From contig OZ059898.1 in NCBI GenBank assembly GCA_964057225.1, positions 17,670,001 through 17,734,000 of the forward strand: a DNA stretch of 64,000 nt, read 5' to 3'. Made by a program: the position numbers and the translations under genes. Of the stretch, positions 1 to 10,881 are shown in pieces. Below the pieces are notes generated by a model. The model did no database searches and was not told the DNA's origin. It saw only the letters and a list, made by a program, of their open reading frames with translations. The first letter of the stretch is position 1; each line of letters starts with the position of its first letter. The DNA comes from Auanema rhodensis. Its lineage: Eukaryota; Animalia; Nematoda.

Positions 1-120
1 TCGTTGAATAACATTGTCCATCGTCTTTGCCTTGAAAAAAGGAATCTAAAAACATCTACTTTTTGCTAAATTATTTTGAAATTTTTCGAAAGAATTTTTG
101 TCAAAATGTTTTTGGAAGCA

Positions 121-148
121 ATGTTGAGTGTACATGGAAACTCAACAT
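121..148. other. Perfect 9-bp inverted repeat ATGTTGAGT-N10-ACTCAACAT (present in nearly every monomer)
   Basis: 121-129 is the reverse complement of 140-148. The loop is GTACATGGAA. Confidence 0.95.
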
Positions 149-231
149 ACACTAATGCATCATTTTTCAAACGATCATAACTAATTTCTGTATTAAACGT
201 TTTTCAATGTAGTATAGTGCATTCGATGCGG

Positions 232-282
232 ATTTTTAAGCTGCGTCGATCTGTGTTATCAGATTTGCGCTAGCTTAAAAAT
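232..282. other. Long imperfect hairpin ATTTTTAAGCT-GCG-tcg-ATCTG-tgttat-CAGAT-ttg-CGC-t-AGCTTAAAAAT (per monomer)
   Basis: Pairings are 232-242 with 272-282 (11 bp), 243-245 with 268-270, and 249-253 with 260-264. It extends outward with TCGATGC (223-229) and GCACCGA (283-289), with one mismatch and a 2-nt bulge. Confidence 0.9.
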
Positions 283-299
283 GCACCGAGACATCAACT

Positions 300-321
300 G
301 ATATAAGTTCACACTTATATC
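300..321. other. Perfect 9-bp inverted repeat GATATAAGT-TCAC-ACTTATATC (per monomer)
   Basis: 300-308 is the reverse complement of 313-321, with a 4-nt loop. Confidence 0.95.
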
Positions 322-423
322 CTCGATTTTCACCCTGAAGAATTAATTTTTTCGTTGAATAACATTGTCCATCGTCTTTGCCTTGAAAAACGAAATCTGA
401 AAACTTCTACTTTTTGCTAAATT

Positions 424-458
424 ATTTTGAAATTTTTCGAAAAAATTTTTGTCAAAAT
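424..458. other. 12-bp palindrome TTTTTCGAAAAA nested within ATTTTGA...TCAAAAT (per monomer; shown in monomer 2)
   Basis: 433-444 is self-complementary, and 424-430 is the reverse complement of 452-458. Confidence 0.85.
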
Positions 459-3400
459 GTTTTTGGAAGCAATGTTGAGTGTACATGGAAACTCAACATA
501 CACTAATGCATCATTTTTCAAACGATCACAACTAATTTTTGTATAAAGCGTTTCTCAATGTAGTATAGTGCATTTGATGCAGATTTGTAAGCTGCGTCGA
601 TCTGTGTTATCAGATTTGCGCTAGCTTAAAAATGCACCGAGATATCAACTGATATAAGTTCACACTTATATCCTCGATTTTCACCCTGAAGAATTAATTT
701 TTTCGTTGAATAACATTAGCCATCGTCTTTGCCTTATAAAAAGAAATCTAAAAACATTTACTTTTTGCTAAATTATTTTGAAATTTTTCGAAAAAATTTT
801 TGTCAAAATGTTTTTGGAAGCAATGTTGAGTGTACATGGAAACTCAACATACACTAATGCATCATTTTTCAAACGATCATAACTAATTTTTGTATTAAGC
901 GTTTTTCAATGTAGTATAGTGCATTCGATGCGGATTTTTAAGCTGCGTCGATCTGTGTTGTCAGATTTGCGCTAGCTTAAAAATGCACCGAGACATCAAC
1001 TGATATAAGTTCACACTTATATCCTCGATTTTCACCCTGAAGAAATAATTTTTTCGTTGAATAACATTGTCCATCGTCTTTGCCTTGAAAGAAGGAATCT
1101 AAAAACATCTACTTTTTGCTAAATTATTCTGAAATTTTTCGAAAAAATTTTTGTCAAAATGTTTTTGGAAGCAATGTTGAGTGTACATGGAAACTCAACA
1201 TACACTAATGCATCATTTTTCAAACGATCATAACTAATTTCTGTATTAAGCGTTTCTCAATGTAGTATAGTGCATTCGATGCGGATTTTTAAGCTGCGTC
1301 GATCTGTGTTGTCAGATTTGCGCTAGCTTAAAAATGCACCGAGACATCAACTGATACAAGTTCACACTTATATCCTCGATTTTCACCCTGAAGAATTAAT
1401 TTTTTCGTTGAATAACATTGTCCATCGTCTTTGCCTTGAAAAAAGGAATCTAAAAACATTTACTTTTTGCTAAATTATTTTGAAATTTTTCGAAAAAATT
1501 TTTGTCAAAATGTTTTTGGAAGCAATGTTGAGTGTACATGGAAACTCAACATACACTATTGCATCATTTTTCAAACGATCATAACTAATTTTTGTATTAA
1601 GCGTTTCTCAATGTAGTATAGTGCATTCGATGCGGATTTTTAAGCTGCGTCGATCTGTGTTATCAGATTTGCGCTAGCTTAAAAATGCACCGAGACATCA
1701 ACTGATATAAGTTCACACTTATATCCTCGATTTTCACCCTGAAGAATTAATTTTTTCGTTGAATAACGTTGTCCATCGTCTTTGCCTTGAAAAAAGGAAT
1801 CTAAAAACATCTACTTTTTGCTAAATTATTTCGAAATTTTTCGAAAAAATTTTTGTCAAAATGTTTTTGGAAGCAATGTTGAGTGTACATGGAAACTCAA
1901 CATACACTATTGCATCATTTTTCAAACGATCATAACTAATTTTTGTAGTAAGCGTTTCTCAATGTAGTATAGTGCATTCGATGCGGATTTTTAAGCTGCG
2001 TCGATCTGTGTTATCAGATTTGCGCTAGCTTAAAAATGCACCGAGACATCAACTGATATAAGTTCACACTTATATCCTCGATTTTCACCCTGAAGAATTA
2101 ATTTTTTCGTTCAATAACGTTGTCCATCGTCTTTGCCTTGAAAAAAAAAATCTAAAAACATCTACTTTTTGCTAAATTATTTCGAAATTTTTCGAAAAAA
2201 TTTTTGTCAAAATGTTTTTGGAAGTAATGTTGAGTGTACATGGAAACTCAACATACACTAATGCATCATTTTTCAAACGATCAAAACTAATTTTTGTATT
2301 AAGCGTTTTTCAATGTAGTATAGTGCATTCGATGCGGATTTTTAAGCTGCGTCGATCTGTGTTATCAGATTTGCGCTAGCTTAAAAATGCACCGAGACAT
2401 CAACTGATATAAGTTCACACTTATATCCTCGATTTTCACCTTGAAGAATTTATTTTTTCGTTGAATAACATTGTCCATCGTCTTTGCCTTGAAAAAAGGA
2501 ATCTAAAAACATCTACTTTTTGCTAAATTATTCTGAAATTTTTCGAAAGAATTTTTGTCAAAATGTTTTTGGAAGCAATGTTGAGTGTACATGGAAACTC
2601 AACATACACTAATGCATCATTTTTCAAACGATCATAACTAATTTCTGTATTAAACGTTTTTCAATGTAGTATAGTGCATTCGATGCGGATTTTTAAGCTG
2701 CGTCGATCTGTGTTATCAGATTTGCGCTAGCTTAAAAATGCACCGAGACATCAACTGATATAAGTTCACACTTATATCCTCGATTTTCACCCTGAAGAAT
2801 TAATTTTTTCGTTGAATAACATTGTCCATCGTCTTTGCCTTGAAAAACGAAATCTGAAAACTTCTACTTTTTGCTAAATTATTTTGAAATTTTTCGAAAA
2901 AATTTTTGTCAAAATGTTTTTGGAAGCAATGTTGAGTGTACATGGAAACTCAACATACACTAATGCATCATTTTTCAAACGATCACAACTAATTTTTGTA
3001 TAAAGCGTTTCTCAATGTAGTATAGTGCATTTGATGCAGATTTGTAAGCTGCGTCGATCTGTGTTATCAGATTTGCGCTAGCTTAAAAATGCACCGAGAT
3101 ATCAACTGATATAAGTTCACACTTATATCCTCGATTTTCACCCTGAAGAATTAATTTTTTCGTTGAATAACATTAGCCATCGTCTTTGCCTTATAAAAAG
3201 AAATCTAAAAACATTTACTTTTTGCTAAATTATTTTGAAATTTTTCGAAAAAATTTTTGTCAAAATGTTTTTGGAAGCAATGTTGAGTGTACATGGAAAC
3301 TCAACATACACTAATGCATCATTTTTCAAACGATCATAACTAATTTTTGTATTAAGCGTTTTTCAATGTAGTATAGTGCATTCGATGCGGATTTTTAAGC

Positions 3401-6318
3401 TGCGTCGATCTGTGTTGTCAGATTTGCGCTAGCTTAAAAATGCACCGAGACATCAACTGATATAAGTTCACACTTATATCCTCGATTTTCACCCTGAAGA
3501 AATAATTTTTTCGTTGAATAACATTGTCCATCGTCTTTGCCTTGAAAGAAGGAATCTAAAAACATCTACTTTTTGCTAAATTATTCTGAAATTTTTCGAA
3601 AAAATTTTTGTCAAAATGTTTTTGGAAGCAATGTTGAGTGTACATGGAAACTCAACATACACTAATGCATCATTTTTCAAACGATCATAACTAATTTCTG
3701 TATTAAGCGTTTCTCAATGTAGTATAGTGCATTCGATGCGGATTTTTAAGCTGCGTCGATCTGTGTTGTCAGATTTGCGCTAGCTTAAAAATGCACCGAG
3801 ACATCAACTGATACAAGTTCACACTTATATCCTCGATTTTCACCCTGAAGAATTAATTTTTTCGTTGAATAACATTGTCCATCGTCTTTGCCTTGAAAAA
3901 AGAAATCTAAAAACATTTACTTTTTGCTAAATTATTTTGAAATTTTTCGAAAAAATTTTTGTCAAAATGTTTTTGGAAGCAATGTTGAGTGTACATGGAA
4001 ACTCAACATACACTATTGCATCATTTTTCAAACGATCATAACTAATTTTTGTATTAAGCGTTTCTCAATGTAGTATAGTGCATTCGATGCGGATTTTTAA
4101 GCTGCGTCGATCTGTGTTATCAGATTTGCGCTAGCTTAAAAATGCACCGAGACATCAACTGATATAAGTTCACACTTATATCCTCGATTTTCACCCTGAA
4201 GAATTTATTTTTTCGTTGAATAACATTGTCCATCGTCTTTGCCTTGAAAAAAGGAATCTAAAAACATCTACTTTTTGCTAAATTATTTCGAAATTTTTCG
4301 AAAAAATTTTTGTCAAAATGTTTTTGGAAGCAATGTTGAGTGTACATGGAAACTCAACATACACTAATGCATCATTTTTCAAACGATCATAACTAATTTT
4401 TGTATTAAGCGTTTCTCAATGTAGAATAGTGCATTCGATGCGGATTTTTAAGCTGCGTCGATCTGTGTTATCAGATTTGGGCTAGCTTAAAAATGCACCG
4501 AGACATCAACTGATATAAGTTCACACTTATATCCTCGATTTTCACCCTGAAGAATTAATTTTTTCGTTGAATAACGTTGTCCATCGTCTTTGCCTTGAAA
4601 AAAGGAATCTAAAAACATCTACTTTTTGCTAAATTATTCTGAAATTTTTCGAAAAAATTTTTGTCAAAATGTTTTTGGAAGTAATGTTGAGTGTACATGG
4701 AAACTCAACATACACTAATGCATCATTTTTCAAACGATCAAAACTAATTTTTGTAGTAAGCGTTTCTCAATGTAGTATAGTGCATTCGATGCGGATTTTT
4801 AAGCTGCGTCGATCTGTGTTATCAGATTTGCGCTAGCTTAAAAATGCACCGAGACATCAACTGATATAAGTTCACACTTATATCCTCGATTTTCACCCTG
4901 AAGAATTAATTTTTTCGTTGAATAACGTTGTCCATCGTCTTTGCCTTGAAAAAAGGAATCTAAAAACATCTACTTTTTGCTAAATTATTTCGAAATTTTT
5001 CGAAAAAATTTTTGTCAAAATGTTTTTGGAAGCAATGTTGAGTGTACATGGAAACTCAACATACACTATTGCATCATTTTTCAAACGATCATAACTAATT
5101 TTTGTAGTAAGCGTTTCTCAATGTAGTATAGTGCATTCGATGCGGATTTTTAAGCTGCGTCGATCTGTGTTATCAGATTTGCGCTAGCTTAAAAATGCAC
5201 CGAGACATCAACTGATATAAGTTCACACTTATATCCTCGATTTTCACCCTGAAGAATTAATTTTTTCGTTCAATAACGTTGTCCATCGTCTTTGCCTTGA
5301 AAAAAGGAATCTAAAAACATCTACTTTTTGCTAAATTATTTCGAAATTTTTCGAAAAAATTTTTGTCAAAATGTTTTTGGAAGTAATGTTGAGTGTACAT
5401 GGAAACTCAACATACACTAATGCATCATTTTTCAAACGATCAAAACTAATTTTTGTATTAAGCGTTTTTCAATGTAGTATAGTGCATTCGATGCGGATTT
5501 TTAAGCTGCGTCGATCTGTGTTATCAGATTTGCGCTAGCTTAAAAATGCACCGAGACATCAACTGATATAAGTTCACACATATATCCTCGATTTTCACCC
5601 TGAAGAATTTATTTTTTCGTTGAATAACATTGTCCATCGTCTTTGCCTTGAAAAAAGGAATCTAAAAACATCTACTTTTTGCTAAATTATTCTGAAATTT
5701 TTCGAAAGAATTTTTGTCAAAATGTTTTTGGAAGCAATGTTGAGTGTACATGGAAACTCAACATACACTAATGCATCATTTTTCAAACGATCACAACTAA
5801 TTTTTGTATAAAGCGTTTCTCAATGTAGTATAGTGCATTTGATGCAGATTTGTAAGCTGCGTCGATCTGTGTTATCAGATTTGCGCTAGCTTAAAAATGC
5901 ACCGAGATATCAACTGATATAAGTTCACACTTATATCCTCGATTTTCACCCTGAAGAATTAATTTTTTCGTTGAATAACATTAGCCATCGTCTTTGCCTT
6001 ATAAAAAGAAATCTAAAAACATTTACTTTTTGCTAAATTATTTTGAAATTTTTCGAAAAAATTTTTGTCAAAATGTTTTTGGAAGCAATGTTGAGTGTAC
6101 ATGGAAACTCAACATACACTAATGCATCATTTTTCAAACGATCATAACTAATTTTTGTATTAAGCGTTTTTCAATGTAGTATAGTGCATTCGATGCGGAT
6201 TTTTAAGCTGCGTCGATCTGTGTTGTCAGATTTGCGCTAGCTAAAAAATGCACCGAGACATCAACTGATATAAGTTCACACTTATATCCTCGATTTTCAC
6301 CCTGAAGAAATAATTTTT

Positions 6319-9300
6319 TCGTTGAATAACATTGTCCATCGTCTTTGCCTTGAAAGAAGGAATCTAAAAACATCTACTTTTTGCTAAATTATTCTGAAAT
6401 TTTTCGAAAAAATTTTTGTCAAAATGTTTTTGGAAGCAATGTTGAGTGTACATGGAAACTCAACATACACTAATGCATCATTTTTCAAACGATCATAACT
6501 AATTTCTGTATTAAGCGTTTCTCAATGTAGTATAGTGCATTCGATGCGGATTTTTAAGCTGCGTCGATCTGTGTTGTCAGATTTGCGCTAGCTTAAAAAT
6601 GCACCGAGACATCAACTGATACAAGTTCACACTTATATCCTCGATTTTCACCCTGAAGAATTAATTTTTTCGTTGAATAACATTGTCCATCGTCTTTGCC
6701 TTGAAAAAAGAAATCTAAAAACATTTACTTTTTGCTAAATTATTTTGAAATTTTTCGAAAAAATTTTTGTCAAAATGTTTTTGGAAGCAATGTTGAGTGT
6801 ACATGGAAACTCAACATACACTATTGCATCATTTTTCAAACGATCATAACTAATTTTTGTATTAAGCGTTTCTCAATGTAGTATAGTGCATTCGATGCGG
6901 ATTTTTAAGCTGCGTCGATCTGTGTTATCAGATTTGCGCTAGCTTAAAAATGCACCGAGACATCAACTGATATAAGTTCACACTTATATCCTCGATTTTC
7001 ACCCTGAAGAATTTATTTTTTCGTTGAATAACATTGTCCATCGTCTTTGCCTTGAAAAAAGGAATCTAAAAACATCTACTTTTTGCTAAATTATTCTGAA
7101 ATTTTTCGAAAAAATTTTTGTCAAAATGTTTTTGGAAGCAATGTTGAGTGTACATGGAAACTCAACATACACTAATGCATCATTTTTCAAACGATCATAA
7201 CTAATTTTTGTATAAAGCGTTTCTCAATGTAGTATAGTGCATTCGATGCAGATTTGTAAGCTGCGTCGATCTGTGTTATCAGATTTGCGCTAGCTTAAAA
7301 ATGCACCGAGACATCAACTGATATAAGTTCACACTTATATCCTCGATTTTCACCCTGAAGAAATAATTTTTTCGTTGAATAACATTGTCCATCGTCTTTG
7401 CCTTGAAAGAAGGAATCTAAAAACATCTACTTTTTGCTAAATTATTCTGAAATTTTTCGAAAAAATTTTTGTCAAAATGTTTTTGGAAGCAATGTTGAGT
7501 GTACATGGAAACTCAACATACACTAATGCATCATTTTTCAAACGATCATAACTAATTTCTGTATTAAGCGTTTCTCAATGTAGTATAGTGCATTCGATGC
7601 GGATTTTTAAGCTGCGTCGATCTGTGTTGTCAGATTTGCGCTAGCTTAAAAATGCACCGAGACATCAACTGATACAAGTTCACACTTATATCCTCGATTT
7701 TCACCCTGAAGAATTAATTTTTTCGTTGAATAACATTGTCCATCGTCTTTGCCTTGAAAAAAGAAATCTAAAAACATTTACTTTTTGCTAAATTATTTTG
7801 AAATTTTTCGAAAAAATTTTTGTCAAAATGTTTTTGGAAGCAATGTTGAGTGTACATGGAAACTCAACATACACTATTGCATCATTTTTCAAACGATCAT
7901 AACTAATTTTTGTATTAAGCGTTTTTCAATGTAGTATAGTGCATTCGATGCGGATTTTTAAGCTGCGTCGATCTGTGTTATCAGATTTGCGCTAGCTTAA
8001 AAATGCACCGAGACATCAACTGATATAAGTTCACACTTATATCCTCGATTTTCACCCTGAAGAATTTATTTTTTCGTTGAATAACATTGTCCATCGTCTT
8101 TGCCTTGAAAAAAGGAATCTAAAAACATCTACTTTTTGCTAAATTATTTTGAAATTTTTCGAAAAAATTTTTGTCAAAATGTTTTTGGAAGCAATGTTGA
8201 GTGTACATGGAAACTCAACATACACTAATGCATCATTTTTCAAACGATCATAACTAATTTCTGTATTAAACGTTTCTCAATGTAGTATAGTGCATTCGAT
8301 GCGGATTTTTAAGCTGCGTCGATCTGTGTTATCAGATTTGCGCTAGCTTAAAAATGCACCGAGACATCAACTGATATAAGTTCACACTTATATCCTCGAT
8401 TTTCACCCTGAAGAAATAATTTTTTCGTTGAATAACATTGTCCATCGTCTTTGCCTTGAAAGAAGGAATCTAAAAACATCTACTTTTTGCTAAATTATTC
8501 TGAAATTTTTCGAAAAAATTTTTGTCAAAATGTTTTTGGAAGCAATGTTGAGTGTACATGGAAACTCAACATACACTAATGCATCATTTTTCAAACGATC
8601 ATAACTAATTTCTGTATTAAGCGTTTCTCAATGTAGTATAGTGCATTCGATGCGGATTTTTAAGCTGCGTCGATCTGTGTTGTCAGATTTGCGCTAGCTT
8701 AAAAATGCACCGAGACATCAACTGATACAAGTTCACACTTATATCCTCGATTTTCACCCTGAAGAATTAATTTTTTCGTTGAATAACATTGTCCATCGTC
8801 TTTGCCTTGAAAAAAGAAATCTAAAAACATTTACTTTTTGCTAAATTATTTTGAAATTTTTCGAAAAAATTTTTGTCAAAATGTTTTTGGAAGCAATGTT
8901 GAGTGTACATGGAAACTCAACATACACTATTGCATCATTTTTCAAACGATCATAACTAATTTTTGTATTAAGCGTTTTTCAATGTAGTATAGTGCATTCG
9001 ATGCGGATTTTTAAGCTGCGTCGATCTGTGTTATCAGATTTGCGCTAGCTTAAAAATGCACCGAGACATCAACTGATATAAGTTCACACTTATATCCTCG
9101 ATTTTCACCCTGAAGAATTTATTTTTTCGTTGAATAACATTGTCCATCGTCTTTGCCTTGAAAAAAGGAATCTAAAAACATCTACTTTTTGCTAAATTAT
9201 TTTGAAATTTTTCGAAAAAATTTTTGTCAAAATGTTTTTGGAAGCAATGTTGAGTGTACATGGAAACTCAACATACACTAATGCATCATTTTTCAAACGA

Positions 9301-10881
9301 TCATAACTAATTTCTGTATTAAACGTTTCTCAATGTAGTATAGTGCATTCGATGCGGATTTTTAAGCTGCGTCGATCTGTGTTATCAGATTTGCGCTAGC
9401 TTAAAAATGCACCGAGACATCAACTGATATAAGTTCACACTTATATCCTCGATTTTCACCCTGAAGAAATAATTTTTTCGTTGAATAACATTGTCCATCG
9501 TCTTTGCCTTGAAAGAAGGAATCTAAAAACATCTACTTTTTGCTAAATTATTCTGAAATTTTTCGAAAAAATTTTTGTCAAAATGTTTTTGGAAGCAATG
9601 TTGAGTGTACATGGAAACTCAACATACACTAATGCATCATTTTTCAAACGATCATAACTAATTTCTGTATTAAGCGTTTCTCAATGTAGTATAGTGCATT
9701 CGATGCGGATTTTTAAGCTGCGTCGATCTGTGTTGTCAGATTTGCGCTAGCTTAAAAATGCACCGAGACATCAACTGATACAAGTTCACACTTATATCCT
9801 CGATTTTCACCCTGAAGAATTAATTTTTTCGTTGAATAACATTGTCCATCGTCTTTGCCTTGAAAAAAGAAATCTAAAAACATTTACTTTTTGCTAAATT
9901 AAATTGAAATTTTTCGAAAAAATTTTTGTCAAAATGTTTTTGGAAGCATTGTTGAGTGTACATGGAAACTCAACATACACTATTGCATCATTTTTCAAAC
10001 GATCATAACTAATTTTTGTATTAAGCGTTTTTCAATGTAGTATAGTGCATTCGATGCGGATTTTTAAGCTGCGTCGATCTGTGTTATCAGATTTGCGCTA
10101 GCTTAAAAATGCACCGAGACATCAACTGATATAAGTTCACACTTATATCCTCGATTTTCACCCTGAAGAATTTATTTTTTCGTTGAATAACATTGTCCAT
10201 CGTCTTTGCCTTGAAAAAAGGAATCTAAAAACATCTACTTTTTGCTAAATTATTTTGAAATTTTTCGAAAAAATTTTTGTCAAAATGTTTTTGGAAGCAA
10301 TGTTGAGTGTACATGGAAACTCAACATACACTAATGCATCATTTTTCAAACGATCATAACTAATTTCTGTATTAAACGTTTCTCAATGTAGTATAGTGCA
10401 TTCGATGCGGATTTTTAAGCTGCGTCGATCTGTGTTATCAGATTTGCGCTAGCTTAAAAATGCACCGAGACATCAACTGATATAAGTTCACACTTATATC
10501 CTCGATTTTCACCCTGAAGAATTGATTTTTTCGTTGAATAACATTGTCCATCGTCTTTGCCTTGAAAAACGAAATCTAAAAACATTTACTTTTTGCTAAA
10601 TTATTTTGAAATTTTTCGAAAAAATTTTTGTCAAAATGTTTTTGGAAGCAATGTTGAGTGTACATGGAAACTCAACATACACTATTGCATCATTTTTCAA
10701 ACGATCATAACTAATTTTTGTATTAAGCGTTTCTCAATGTAGTATAGTGCATTCGATGCGGATTTTTAAGCTGCGTCGATCTGTGTTGTCAGATTTGCGC
10801 TAGCTTAAAAATGCACCGAGACATCAACTGATACAAGTTCACACTTATATCCTCGATTTTCACCCTGAAGAAATAATTTTT
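6319..10881. repeat. 3-monomer (1053-bp) higher-order repeat
   Basis: GATACAAG together with GTTGTCAG recurs at ~6620, 7671, 8725, 9778 and 10831. AAAGAAGG recurs at ~6353, 7406, 8459 and 9512. Confidence 0.85.

Larger units (their letters stand above)
1..351. repeat. Representative 351-bp monomer (phase arbitrary)
   Basis: Hand count gives 111 G+C of 351 (~32%) and 12 CpG. A/T tracts cluster in positions ~35-113. Confidence 0.97.
1..6318. repeat. Imperfect higher-order repeat: 7-mer, then 9-mer, then a contracted third copy
   Basis: The rare variant CGAAAGAATT occurs in monomers 1, 8 and 17. CATTAGCC...TTATA occurs in monomers 3, 10 and 18. GTTCAATAACG occurs in monomers 7 and 16. Confidence 0.85.

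Noticed and set aside
1-351. Monomer as a dimer of ~175-bp subunits, or identity with the Drosophila 1.688 (359-bp) family
   Set aside because: The two halves show no evident direct similarity by eye. Only the length and AT-richness resemble 1.688-type satellites; I recognise no sequence match.
300-351. Rho-independent terminator-like hairpins
   Set aside because: The stems are AT-rich, not directly followed by a U-tract, have no upstream gene, and sit in a eukaryote-type satellite context.
350-366. CENP-B-box-like TTTCGTTGAATAACATT
   Set aside because: It matches the TTCG....A half of the box (NTTCGNNNNANNCGGGN) but lacks the essential CGGG, so it is not supportable as a CENP-B box.
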